A stretch of DNA of 64,000 nt, taken from contig NC_043006.1 in NCBI RefSeq assembly GCF_006345805.1, positions 33,108,001-33,172,000 of the forward strand. Reading direction: 5' to 3'. Source of the DNA: Octopus sinensis (lineage: Eukaryota). Below the pieces are notes generated by a model. The model was not told the origin of the DNA. It saw only the letters and a list, made by a program, of their open reading frames with translations, and ran no database searches. The translations under genes were made by a program, and so were the position numbers. This document shows positions 24,850 to 37,690 of this stretch, one piece after another (position 1 is the stretch's first letter; each line of letters opens with the position of its first letter).

Positions 24850-26129
24850 TGTCTGTGTGTATGTGTAACTGTTAGTCAAACGTGAAGTAAGACGGGTAGT
24901 TCAAAAGGGTTGACTTAGTAATTTTAGTCACGTCGTTAAATATTCTGAGTTCAAACCCATCGAGTTGAAGACCTGCATTTCTTCTTCAACGGGTAATATG
25001 TCTTGTGTTCCCTACGGCGGATGTAGTAATCTAGTGCCCCCCCCCCCAGCTTCATCACCACTTGTAATATAACATTGAAGTTAATAATAAGCAGTGGCTT
25101 CACTTCCGTTCTTTACTTATCAATTAAATATATTCACCAATCAAATGCTGAGAGTGAATTAAATTAACTTTCCTATCCACTCACTCAATTCTGTTGACAG
25201 AAATCAATAAATGTTGAAATAAGGAAGCAGAAGATGACAAGGAAATTGGTTTGTCTTGTTAGGATATAGAATCACAATCATGAATCTGGTTACATCTAAC
25301 TACATTAAATTGAAGCGTCGCAATAAAATTTATAAAACTTTGCAAAATTCGCTTTTCATCATCAATATCCACAAATATAATGTAAAGTTATATATAAGAC
25401 GAAGAAATATGAATAAAGCGCTCTTATTATTATTCAAAATCCTCGAGATTGAAGCATTTATTTGTTTTGATATCAAACAGATTTGTACGGAAATTCAATT
25501 CCGTGGTTGTACGCTTTGCTGAATACTTTAATATGTGTTATACTATTTAGATAAGATTCGTTGACTTTACATAAATGGATACCATTTACGTCATTTTGTC
25601 GGAGATTTAGAGAGAGAAATGAGCTCATGCTGATAATTTTGTTAAAGGTGGGTAAGTGAGACGAATATAGCCCAAATGCATGAGTTTATTCTCAGCCCAT
25701 ACACCTTTAGGTTGAAGAACACACATAGATGAAGGTACTAACCCTTGGCAGTAAATTTAATCTGGGGGGATGTGATGTTTTCTGATTAGAAGCAGATGAT
25801 TGTCCTCCTGCGTCATCTCATTTCTCTGTATACTGTTGGCTTTCGGGCGTGTTTTATCATCTTTAAGTCTATTTAAGTTCTTCCCTTCACTCTACATTTC
25901 TAATAGACCCGCGTATTGCCATTCTTCTAACAAACATAACAACAATTGTTATCCTGCCCATATAATTCCATCCCTTTAGCTTTCCTTTATGCCAAAGCCA
26001 TCTTTGCAATTCGTTTCTTACGAGATCGATAAACAGAATAATGTGACCGATTCGATACAATCAAATAATATTCTAGAATGGAGTGCTGTAGCATTGCCGC
26101 AATACAATGATTTGATCTGTAAAATGCTA

Positions 26130-26180
<51 letters not shown>

Positions 26181-27556
26181 TATATATACATACATATATA
26201 CATACATACATATATATATACACGTACATATATATACACATACATATATATACACATACATATATATATATACATATACATACATATACACATACATATA
26301 TATCCATATACATACATATACATACATATACATATATACATATATATATAAATTCAGGGTGAATACTTGATAAATGTAAGCACCTGTATATGCCAGATAG
26401 TAGCAGAGGTGAGAGGATATATGCATCAAATGAAATAAAAAACAGAACACAAAGGATGTCGTGGTACACATGTTTCGAGCTTTATAAAACAACATATTCT
26501 TACATCAATGTATAATCGACATAACAGATAGTTTAAAGCCCTCTTTATATATATATATATTTCATATTTCTTGACATCAACTGGGATCGATGTAATCGAA
26601 CTTCTCCCACCTTTCAAATTACTGCCTTGTGCCAAAATTTGAAACCAATAAATACTGTACGCAATTTTGATGTTTCTTTTTCCTATCACTTCCTTTTTCT
26701 TTCTGTAATCCGTTTCTAAAGTGCATCGTCTGCTGCTACGAAACCATGCACTCTTACATCGTCTGGCTTTGACAAACGGAGGCTCAACAACTTAATAGAT
26801 AGAAACATTTGAACGCTGATCTGTTGGAAGTCGTTTATCTTGCAATAACGAACACATTTAAAATGATTTCATTCAAACATCGCTCACAGTCTGGTACTGA
26901 CACCAGTATTGTTCTTAAAGCCGTTGGCATCTACTGTAAATATGCCAATACTACCTTTTCTTTAGATTTCATAAAACTCCGTAAGCTCTGATAATATAAC
27001 AAACCATTTAAGCCAAACTGTTTAGCCATTTCTTATTTGCCATTATCCCCAAAGGTAAAAACTGTAATTTATACAATAGTTAATATCTAAATATTTTACG
27101 CGGTTAATTAACTCCCTAGATTTATCATTCAAAGTTGCAGATTCGCCTCGATTTTATATTATTGATGAAATTATTCAAAAACTGCTGGCGGCATACCATT
27201 CTCCTCGTACTACTATCTCATTAAATGCCATCAAGGTCATTGCCTTCCCAGCTTAAGCATGATATATTCCGGGTTTCACACTCTGACACTTAAGAAGTAA
27301 AATAGTTCGTTTAATTCACGCGCTTTACTGAGTTCACAATTTCGATTTTGCAGCTCGAATGATTTGACAGACGTATCTCTCAACAAACCAAATTTATATG
27401 CGAAAACAAATCAATACCGTTCCTCATTCATCGCACTTTCAACACTAAAACTTGAAGAACTACGATTCGCTCTTACATAATGGTTTCCAATAGGTTTACA
27501 ACATTGTCGTATTTTACAGCTCGGAATATATATAAACACACGCACACATACATGTA

Positions 27557-27590
<34 letters not shown>

Positions 27591-27650
27591 CATGCATGCA
27601 TGTATGTATGTACGTACGTACGTTTGTATGTATGTGTGTATGTATATATC

Positions 27651-28007
27651 TCTCTTTTACTCTCTTTTACTTGTTTCAGTCATTTGACTGCGGCCATGCT
27701 GGAGCACCACCTTTAGTCGAGAAAATAAGCCCAGTACTTATTCTATCGGTCTCTTTTGCCGAACCGCTAAGTGCCGGGGACGTAGACACACCAGCATCGG
27801 TTGTCAAGCAATGCTAGAGGGACAAACACAGACACACAAATATATACGACAGGCTTCTTTCAGTTTCCGTCTACCAAATCCACTCACAAGGCATTGGTCG
27901 GCCCGGAGCTATAGCAGAAGACATTTGCCTAAGATGCCACGCAGTGGTACTGAACCCAGAACCATTTGGCTGGTTAGCAAGCTACTTACCACACAGCCAC
28001 TCCTGCG

Positions 28008-28011
<4 letters not shown>
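27651..28011 (-). mobile_element. Full-length tRNA-derived SINE, family B (head GCAGGAGTGGCTGTGTGGTAAG, tail GAAACAAGTAAAAGAG)
   Basis: Homologous to copies at 39700, 41311, 50075, 36770 and 60590; it has a partial CORE-like CTT(A/G)GGCAA(A/G)TGTCTT. Confidence 0.9.
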
Positions 28012-28084
<73 letters not shown>

Positions 28085-28086
28085 GG

Positions 28087-28265
28087 GAGAATTCACCAAA
28101 AAACAATAGATGAAGACAGGTGGTGTAGATAACAAACAGATGTATTAGTATAACGCTCGGGAAGTGAAAAAGTTTTTAACGTTTCGAGCCTACGCTCTTC
28201 CACAGAAAGGAACACAGAAAGAAGCAAGGAGAGAGAATAAAGCATGTGTAGTGGCTAAGATCATC
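28087..28265 (-). mobile_element. Short repeat with hammerhead-like motif (same family as 44103-44280)
   Basis: Aligns by eye over ~180 bp with 44103-44280; both copies follow (TA)n. Confidence 0.75.
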
Positions 28266-28556
28266 AAAAAAGTAGTCCATCTGGTGAGAGGTAAATATTA
28301 GTTAATAGACGCAATACATTATATTATGTGCTACTAATAGTTTCTAGTGCTGAGAACTTGCCAAGCAATATATTATAACACGTCTGACATCTCAGCACAA
28401 TTATCAAGCGTAGCTCACATGGCATAGCGAACTAAAAATCGAATGAGAGATTATTTTTTCGTTCAATATGCCATGTTGGCTGTGCCTGGTGATTGTGCCG
28501 ACGTGTTATAATACATTGTTTGGAAAGTTCTCAGCACATATATATGTTTAAATTAC

Positions 28557-29217
28557 GTCATTTCAAACATATTGTAAAAACAAAAACAGTTCCCAAATTG
28601 ATGAACAAAAGGAATGTAATTAAAATGAAAGGAAATGTGCACCTGGCTAATTGTTAGAAATACAAACAAGGTTTTAGTGTATGTCGCAAAGGTGTATTTA
28701 ACCTCGGGCTTCAAGTAAGACAAGGAATCCATTTATTTTGTGAGCTCCACAAACACACACACATATAGTAAAGATTATTTGCCAACATAATGTGGCGGCC
28801 CCGGTTGGGACGAATGTTACCGTACGGTTACCAGAGCCGCCACATTATTTTGGCAAATAATCTTTAGAGTACTTTAGAGTACTGCTACTGAATGTCTCTC
28901 GTTGAGAGATTTAGAAATAATAATATTTCTATATATCTAAAATTTCGACCGATATTTACCTCTTCTCTTTCCAACGATGTATATACAACTGTTAACCACT
29001 TTCGTTGTGACCACTCACTGCTACTTTACACTCTATCAGCTCACAAAATAAATGGATTTCTTGTCTAACTTGAAGCCCGAGGTTAAATACACCTTTGCGA
29101 CATACACTAAAACCTTCTTTGTATTTGTAACGATTAGTCAAGTGTATACTTCCTTTTATTTTAATTACATTTCTTTTGTTCAGCAATTTGTTTGTTTTTC
29201 AATATCTTTGAAATGAC
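28557..29217. repeat. Long inverted repeat (~185-bp arms) enclosing a smaller hairpin element
   Basis: 28668-28716 is the exact reverse complement of 29068-29116. Arms are 28557-28746 and 29038-29217. Confidence 0.9.
28769..28866. mobile_element. Small hairpin/MITE with 31-bp inverted arms and TA ends
   Basis: TAAAGATTATTTGCCAACATAATGTGGCGGC (28769-28799) versus GCCGCCACATTATTTTGGCAAATAATCTTTA (28836-28866), one mismatch. Confidence 0.7.
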
Positions 29218-29942
29218 ATAGTTGACGCATGTTGCACCAAATACGAAAGCAGCAGGAATAAAATAATTTTCAAATAATTTAGTTTTCTTTCCTTGGGTGA
29301 TTTATTTTTCAGTCAGTTGCATATTTCAATTTCAAGCTGTCTTTTTCGACACTCATTTTCACAGAAATACACCAATCTGATAAGGTTAGATATTTAATAC
29401 TAGTGAAATTTATAAAACGAAATGTGCGGGGTTTCTCTCTCTCTCTCTCTCTCTCTCTTTCTACTGCTAAATAAACCCATCCACAATAAAAGCAAAAATT
29501 GATAACTCACGATTTAGGCTGGAAAAAATTTTCACATTAAACATTTCAATTTCTCCAGACACCAAATCTAAAAATCCCTGTACTTATTGGAAAGACAATG
29601 AAAAAGTATTAATTCCAGGCCGGTCATACTAATGTCTAATTAAAGAAGATAATATGAAACATGATCTAAATATTGAACCACGTTAAGTAATCCATAAGAT
29701 ATAGGTTAGTCCACACCAAAAGATACGTTAGTCGCATCCACACAGAGCAGACGACTGTGTGCAATAGCACGCTCATACTGAAAGACACGTGTTCAATGTT
29801 GATTAGAATAATCCCAATGTGAATTTATAGCAAGTATGTACAACTAAGTCTTTGATGCGGGTTCGAGCCCTACGAGCAGCCTTTAACCTTTTCAAAAGTG
29901 TTTTAACCCAATATTTCACGCTATTGTTTAAATATTTTTGTT

Positions 29943-30232
29943 AAAGGATGAAAGACAAAGTCGACCTCGGCGGAATATGAACTCAGAGCGTAACGGCAGA
30001 TGAAATACCTATTTCTTTACTACCCACAAGGGGCTAAACACAGAGAGGAAAAACAAGGACAGACAAACGGATTAAGTCGATTATATCTACCCTAGTGCGT
30101 AACTGGTACTTAATTTATCGACCACGAAAGGATGAAAGGCAAAGTCGACCTCGGGGGAATTTGAACTCAGAACGTAACGGCAGACGAAATACCGCTAAGG
30201 CGGCGCGCTAACGATGCTGCCAGCTCGCCGCC
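29943..30232 (-). mobile_element. Family A SINE with partial internal duplication
   Basis: AAAGTCGACCTCGG(C/G)GGAAT occurs twice; the head is at 30232. Confidence 0.9.
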
Positions 30233-30679
30233 CTACATCTCTAAATATTTACATCGCCATATAATATATGTTCATGCATATATGTGTGCTAGCGTATGTT
30301 TTTATGTAAATGTGTCCAAGTGCCTACGGTGAATAATTTAGTTCCATATCTAAAATACTAATTAAATTTATTGTTTTAGTAATAAATGAGCCAAGTTTCA
30401 TAATGTTTCCGTCAATATTCTATAATATAAGCACCAATGTCAGAGCTGAAGTTTTTCTTCTGCTATAATGCTTGTAGGAGAACAATAAATCTCTTTGGAT
30501 CGTATATTATTTGCACTAGACTTAGCAAAGCGGGATTGTTTCGGTAAATATTATTGAACTGTCAACTGCATATTGTCGGAATCTCCAATTAGGAGCGAAG
30601 CTGTGAAAGGTAAGCCATATTGTTTGGAATTCCAACCGAGGAAATCGAACGTTAATCCTACTTAGCAAGTTCATATGTG

Positions 30680-30719
<40 letters not shown>

Positions 30720-33154
30720 CAATGACCACAAAACAAGACCGCTACTTGCTGTTTTCTTTTGTGATCGTTGCTTCACACACAGCGACAAGTTTTAGCAAAA
30801 TTAGTTTAAAGAAAATGGGGAAAGTTTTGACAGAAATGGGAAAATATCAGACGGGAAAAATATAAACAAAGAAAAGTAGTGGGAAAGAAAAGGTGCGAGA
30901 GAGAGAGTGCGAGAGAGACTGACAGACAGTCAGATTGATCGACAAATAGGTAAAGAGAAAGAGAGAGAGAAAGAGACAGAGACAGAGAGTGACAGATACA
31001 CAGACACACAGAGAGATGAAAATCTCCGATAGAGATAATTTGAGAGACGTCCAATTGATAGTTGGGCATTATATTGAAAGGAGCATGTAACAAAATCCTA
31101 CAAAGATCGTACATTGAATGTTTGATATAAACATAGAAGCAGTTGTACAGGATTGAATCATAGAAACCGGTTGGATCGATTGACAGGATTCCTAATAATC
31201 AATTGAATAAAAAAAATGGGTAGTTTACATTCGTTTATTGGATTTGCGCTACGCCCCGAGAGGAAAAGAAAATTTAAGCCTTGCTAATCCAACCCATTCA
31301 GTCCAAATTTACAACGCGGCTCACTTTATACATTTTGATTAGTTCATTAGCTGTTTCAGTCGTAGAAATCACGGTAATAGTAATCTTCTTCTCTAGTATA
31401 TCTAGATTAAAAACCCAATCCTTACAATCCAACTAATTGGACAGGGTCGCTGAGATTTTAAAGTTTTCTTTCTTATATGGATGCAGAACAACTCCAGTAT
31501 AATTGCAAATGGCTAAATATTTCCCTTTATTATTATCTATTCTCTATCCTTTACAGCGATCTCTATTAATGGTTCAATGTACTAATTTATACATAAAATT
31601 CATTGAGCATTTTACAAGAGGTGGCGCTAATGGGGATTTAGATTCACCATCATTCAACATTGAAGACTGTCTATAAAAAAATATTTTTTATGGAGCTGCA
31701 CATGATAGAATCGAACCCAGGTTAGCATGATAGCGAATCAAACATTTATCTTGGAGAAATGTAATATTAACTACTTAGCTATAACTTGACCAGAATTCTA
31801 TAACTGGTTTCGAAATTGTTCAGTGGAATAGCTTTACTTTTGTTGGGTATTTTATTTTTTTTACTTATGTTTCAATATATATCATAGAAATGTTATTCAT
31901 GCGAGATAAAAGCAGAAATAAAAAAAAACGACCATTATTTCTCAAGCGTTTGTGGCCTAATGTAGCTGAAGATTCACTTCCATGTTTTGTTCTTTCGACG
32001 AAATTTTATTCCCGGCTATATTATTTCATAGCTTGCTGATTTTATTTTCTCGTAGTTTTGAATGTCATTTTCTCTTTGTTACTTTTAGGTGATATTATTT
32101 GGAGACTATATTTTTTCTATCGAATCAAAAATATAACTGGAGTTTATTATCTTTAGCAAGATGGCTTCCATCTTTGTGACGGTTACATTGTTTCATACGC
32201 ACAAAAAAAAAATCTTTGTTGTACGTCCTAATTGTATTTCTATGCGGCTAGCAACAGCAGTCGTTTTCTTTCATTCACTCATTCTCTGTTCTTGAATTAT
32301 TTTTTATTCTACTTGCATAATTTACTGAAATATCTGAGAGAATGACCAAACTGTGAAAAAACAGCCTCTAAAGAGGGAAAACAGCATTTTTCCAGCATTA
32401 CATTATATTCATACATACATATATATAGATATATATATATATATATATATACATGCATATATATATATATATATACATGCATATATACATATATATATAC
32501 ATACATACATAACATGCATACATACACATACACTCACACACATATATACACACTCAAATATATATATATATATATATATGTGTTGGTTAATAAAGAGGCA
32601 GATTTATAGTTGAAGTTTAATCAAAACACAATGTTTCCATGTCGTTAACTCAGATACCGGAAATAGAAACACTAAGACCACCTCTTTTCAAAATATTCTT
32701 TTATTTGATTTTGAAGCTCTTCTAACACTGACACAAGAATACGGGGAAATTCATTTGGGTTTGTCTTATCATGTATTTTTTGTTTGCATACAAAACTGTC
32801 GATATGACAGGGTTGAAACATTGTTTCAGTATTTCGTGAATAACATGCATGGCGACATTAAAACAACGCATATTTCAAAGAAATCGCTTCCCATTATCCG
32901 AGTACATTGCATTATGTTGCTATGTTCTGAATTCGGGTTCGATTAAATCAGTTAATCCTTTTAATCCGTTTTCAGTCAACAAGTACCGATGGTGTTTAAT
33001 TAATCGACTTTACACTCGACTTGAAAAAATGATTTTTTATCTCGTCGCAATTATACATTAGTTAATTACACTTCAGAACAAATGTTCAGAACAAATGTAT
33101 ATTTCAGGGCCAAATCTCCGACATGTCTAAGAGTTCTTTTTTTTTTTTGTGAAC

Positions 33155-33231
33155 GCAGGCATAGCTGTGTGGTAAAAAAAATCACTTCCCATGCACATGG
33201 TTTCTGGTTCAATCCTACAGAGCGGCACTAC
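33155..33231 (+). mobile_element. Family B SINE head, truncated at the mariner boundary
   Basis: GCAGGCATAGCTGTGTGGTAA...CACATGGTTTCTGGTTCAATCCTAC..AGCGGCAC stops at TA followed by CGAGGG. Confidence 0.65.
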
Positions 33232-34232
33232 TACGAGGGTCAGCTGAAAAGTTAATAAGCTGGCCAAGATACGTTCATGGAATGTAACCAAATGGGGTTT
33301 ATTTTTCAGCATAGTCCCACTTGCGATGCACACACTTCTTTCGTCGATGTTGCAGTGATCGGATTCCATTGGTGAAGGAGCTTTCATCTTGTTAGTCAAA
33401 AACATCAACAACTGATGTGACACTACCATCACTACAATACTGGTTCCCAGCCAAGTGTTTTTTTTATGTTGGGGAACAGATGATAGTCAGATGGAGCCAA
33501 ATCAGAAGAATAGGGAAGGTGATCAACCAGTTGAATGACACACTCACGTACATCAGCCATTGAAAGCAAGGGGTGGGGTTCCACTGCAGTGATTGTCTCT
33601 TCGTCTCTGGCTCAAAGTGAGGAAGTCAACACTCATCCTGGATGAGGAAACGTTCAAAGAAACCTACTAAATCCGTATCAGCATCAGATTTCCCCTTGAT
33701 GTAGTCAGCCTGGTACTCTTTTGACAATAGGTCAGAAGACCTGGCACCTGCCCAATAGAAACACTCATTAAACAAGGATAGTCTCAAATTTCTTATGGTA
33801 TATATTAATAGCATTGGCTAATCGCCTATAATCCATCACCATGTAGTGTATACGACCACTGTTTTCTTCGGTGTTGTTAATTGCAGGACTTACGGACTCA
33901 GGATCGTTCTCAAGTCTCTCCCCTCCGAAATTCAGTTGCCTGCTTTTGCACTTCTGAAAAATCTGAAACTTCAACCCCTAAGGTAGTAATCATGTCAGCA
34001 TGAATGTCTTTGGAGACCAAACCCTTTTTACTACGGGTACTTCATAACATCACAATGCCAAATTTTGTCTGTTTTGACTTTTTAAATCTCCTTTAAACAG
34101 CCAGATGTCAGTTTAGTTGGGAGGGAACAATGTAGCTATTAAGAACGAGGGTTGAAATTTATGCATGAACATTTCACGGCACTAACATCACTGATTCATA
34201 GTCAGCCTATGAACTGTTAATTCCACTCTTGC
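33232..34232 (-). mobile_element. Decayed mariner (irritans-like) with internal deletion; transposase pseudogene at 33299-34072
   Basis: The minus strand reads DKIWHCDVMKY..KGLVSKDIHADMITTLG..EFRRG..LENDP..GFFERFLIQDEC..HFEPETKRQSLQW, then directly LLSMADVREC..LVDHLPYSSDLAPSDYHLFPNIKK..KWDYAEK*. TIR TACGAGGGTCAGCTGAAAAGTT is at 33232; the partner TIR is degenerate at about 34200-34232. Confidence 0.85.
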
Positions 34233-34254
34233 GAGTGCGTGTGTGCGTGTGTGT

Positions 34255-34348
<94 letters not shown>

Positions 34349-36381
34349 TGTGTCTGTATCTGTGTCTGTGTGTGTGTGTGTGCTGAAAGAATACGACCGC
34401 AGTGTAATTTTGCTTAAATCAGGAGATGCACGTTTTCATGGCATGTCATTCCTAAATATGCTTATAAATTCTTATACAAGGACACTCTCGCTTGAAAACT
34501 GCACCGTTCGTAGTGTCTAGCCATCTAGCATGTTTTTGCTTGTTATCAGTTTAAGACCTTCAAACATTTAGATTATGTTGCCTGCATCGTGCAAATATTT
34601 GTGCCGATACTTTTGTACCTTTTCCCAAAATCGCAATTCAAGATTCCGGTTTCTTCAAATCCCAAAACAAGATACAGCGGAACTTTTATAGCACTGATAG
34701 GAATGTCACGCACGATTGCGACAATGAATTACCGCCCCTTATATAGCTTCGTCATTCTTGAGGCACCGAAAATGTAACAGAAGCAGATTGGTCGCGGTTC
34801 TTCAGTCTTCCTCACGGCTGTATCCTTTGCTGTATGTGATCGGTCGCTAGGTGGCAGAGTCTTCGTCATGCCATCCCATTGTAATGTTTTAGTCATGATA
34901 GAAAACCATGACAGAGATATACTACAAAACACACACACACACACTCACACACACGCATACGCAAGGAAGAGGCACACACTGAAAGAAATGCTTGTTTATT
35001 CACTTAGATATTCATAGGACATTATTAAATTACATCTTCGATTTTTACTGTATTTGATAGCATTTGAGACGCACGTTTTACCCCAAAAATCAAACCTCTG
35101 AAATAAATCACTCGGGTAGCATACGCCAAGTAAGACATCGTCAAAGCTTGTTTTGTCCCTAACATTAACTACCATAAGCTTATTTTAATCCAGACGATCT
35201 CTTCTACCTAGCCTAACTCCATAATAATTTACAATGTGTGTACAGTGATATTTTTCGCAATCGCTAAGGTACTTTTGCAATGTTTTGTAATGTACAATTA
35301 GATTGTTTTAAATATTACATGCTTTAATGCACTAAAATGTTTTTCCAGAATATGCGCTGCTGAAGTTAGGGTGTGTCTAATACAGCCATGCATCTTTTAT
35401 ACCATCAAATACGGTATCTTCTTATTGAAGGTTCAACCCTTTGAAGAGACCGACACACAAAGATACACTTCAATTATAATGCTATATGATTGTTTTTGCT
35501 ATTAGTAAACCGAAGTGCAGCCCTGATTTAGCAGCAGAACAATGATCAAAGGTTTTCCCTCTATCATCATGCTCTATATTTCGCGTATAACCGTCATTCA
35601 CATTTTAAGAAATTCATGCATGAGAGGCGTGAAACTTGCTGCCATTTTTAGCTGAGAGAAGGACGTCGTAATAGATCCTACATATTTTATGCGTTTCGTA
35701 TAACACATACACAAACACATACACACAAATGCGCAATAGAGGACGTTAAAACATTCGGACAGATAGACGATACAAAGGCGGACAAGAGAAACAACAATTA
35801 GAAAGACAGGCAAAAAAAGATGGGTCATTCGTGGCTTTCTTTCCTCAGTCAAGTTCCCGAAGTCACGACCTTTCGGGCAGTTACACTTGAGATGGTTCGA
35901 TCTGGTTGCCCCCCAAAAAGTCTAAGCTAAGAGCAATAGACCCCTTTGTAAGAAAGCTACCGGATGTGTACAACAACAAAGACAAAAAGACAAACAAACA
36001 AAAAACGGAGAACATGGTACACAGTTACGAATACAACAAGAAATAACAACAGGCGTCTTTCGACTGAGAACGATTCAAATTGAGCTGGCGTATATGAAGT
36101 GAAAGCCTAAAGGCAGGAACATAGGAGATGGTCATAAGACCTCGGCACTCAGGCCAAGAAAGAAAGGTCATGGCTGGTCGGACACCGGTCACGTGGAAGG
36201 AGGGGAGATGGGTAGGGGGAGCGGGATTGAAGGATTAAAAAAAAATCAGAGACAAACGAAAGGTACAGAGGAGATAAGCGAGTGGAAAACAGTGGGAGTT
36301 AAAGAGAGGGCAAGAAATGTGATAAATAAATATACGCATACTTATACGTTTCCGTTTATCTTTACTTCTTTCATATACAGT

Positions 36382-36486
36382 TTCAATTAGATATAGATAG
36401 TAATTTTCAACGCAAAATTAATGCATCACTTAGTCGAATTAACACACACACACACAACACACACACCCACATACACACACACACGC

Positions 36487-36527
<41 letters not shown>

Positions 36528-36616
36528 TATATATATATATATATATATTGTGATTAGACTAAGTGATATATTTAATTTTCCACTAAGAGTATCCTATAAT
36601 CCTATATCTAATTGAA
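36382..36616. mobile_element. MITE-like element with 15-bp perfect TIR and microsatellite centre
   Basis: TTCAATTAGATATAG (36382-36396) / CTATATCTAATTGAA (36602-36616); inner ATCACTTAGTC / GACTAAGTGAT also pair. Confidence 0.6.
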
Positions 36617-36723
36617 AATTACTTAGAACTATGACAAATCCTCTTTGAAGGAATTTAAGCTAAAAGGAAACATATATACCATATTTCATATATATATATG
36701 TGTGTGTGGTGTGTGTGTGTGTG

Positions 36724-36759
<36 letters not shown>

Positions 36760-37089
36760 ATGTGTGTGTGAATAAGTCCTGGGGTCGATTTGTTCGACTA
36801 AAGGTCGTGCTCCAGCATGGCCGTAGTCAAATGATTGAAGCAAATAAAACAATAAAAGAATATATATATAGCAGAAGCAACAGAGTGACTAAAGGTCCGA
36901 GAATTTCATGTGTTGGTACTTATCACTTATACATATGTATGTATGTATGTATGTGTGCGTATGTATATTGTATGTATATATGGTTAAATGTACATGTGTG
37001 TCTTGAGTGTGTTTCTTTCTGGTTTAGACAAGAAGCATGGAAGCCCATTGCTTTTGAGTTCCTCTCTAACTTATCTTGAATGCATTTTA

Positions 37090-37690
37090 AGTTAACGAAC
37101 ATAAGGAAGAGGAGGCGAGCGGTGGATTTTGCCGATTAAAATCCTACGACGAAGGTTTGTGCATAATTTTAAATGCTGAATCTGGGAAGGAAACATTACA
37201 TGCGTGAAGAGAAGAAGGACAACTGGACAATCAGCATAGCTTAAGGAGGAGGTGATGCAGAACTTGTTAGCTGCGAGAATCAGAGGAATTGTGGTTGCAG
37301 TGTAAAAGCCAGATTGATGAGACAGCGCAAATGTGGAGCAAACATTAAAAGTGTACTACGTATGTAGTTGTCAATCTGTTGAATTACTTCAATTCCGTTT
37401 AGATACAATCTATGTGAGTAGATGTGTATGTTTCGGTGTGTATAAGTAAATATGAGCATGTTTTTCTCTGTGTATGTGTGTGTTAGAGAGATGGGGGGGG
37501 AGAGAGAGAGAGAGAGAGAGTGTTGTGTGTGTGTGTGTGTGTGTGTGTGTAGCAGCAGCACTGTCCCAAATATCGGAGCAGTATTCCGTCACGGGTGATA
37601 TTTGACCTTTATATATAATTGACAACTGCTCAGAGATGAAGAATATTCTGACTTTGGAAGACGAAGGTTAATAGTTGACATGCAATTCTG
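37090..37690 (-). mobile_element. Decayed CR1-type LINE reverse-transcriptase C-terminal fragment split by a microsatellite
   Basis: Minus-strand IIYKGQISPVTEYCSDIWDSAAA resembles the LYKAQ.RP..EYCS..W motif of CR1/Zenon-type RTs; LRCLINLAFTLQ follows after the (CA)/(CT) tract. Confidence 0.5.

Noticed and set aside
32090-32160. Strong-looking acceptor (TTTCTCTTTGTTACTTTTAG|GTG)
   Set aside because: All three frames reach a stop before any convincing donor.
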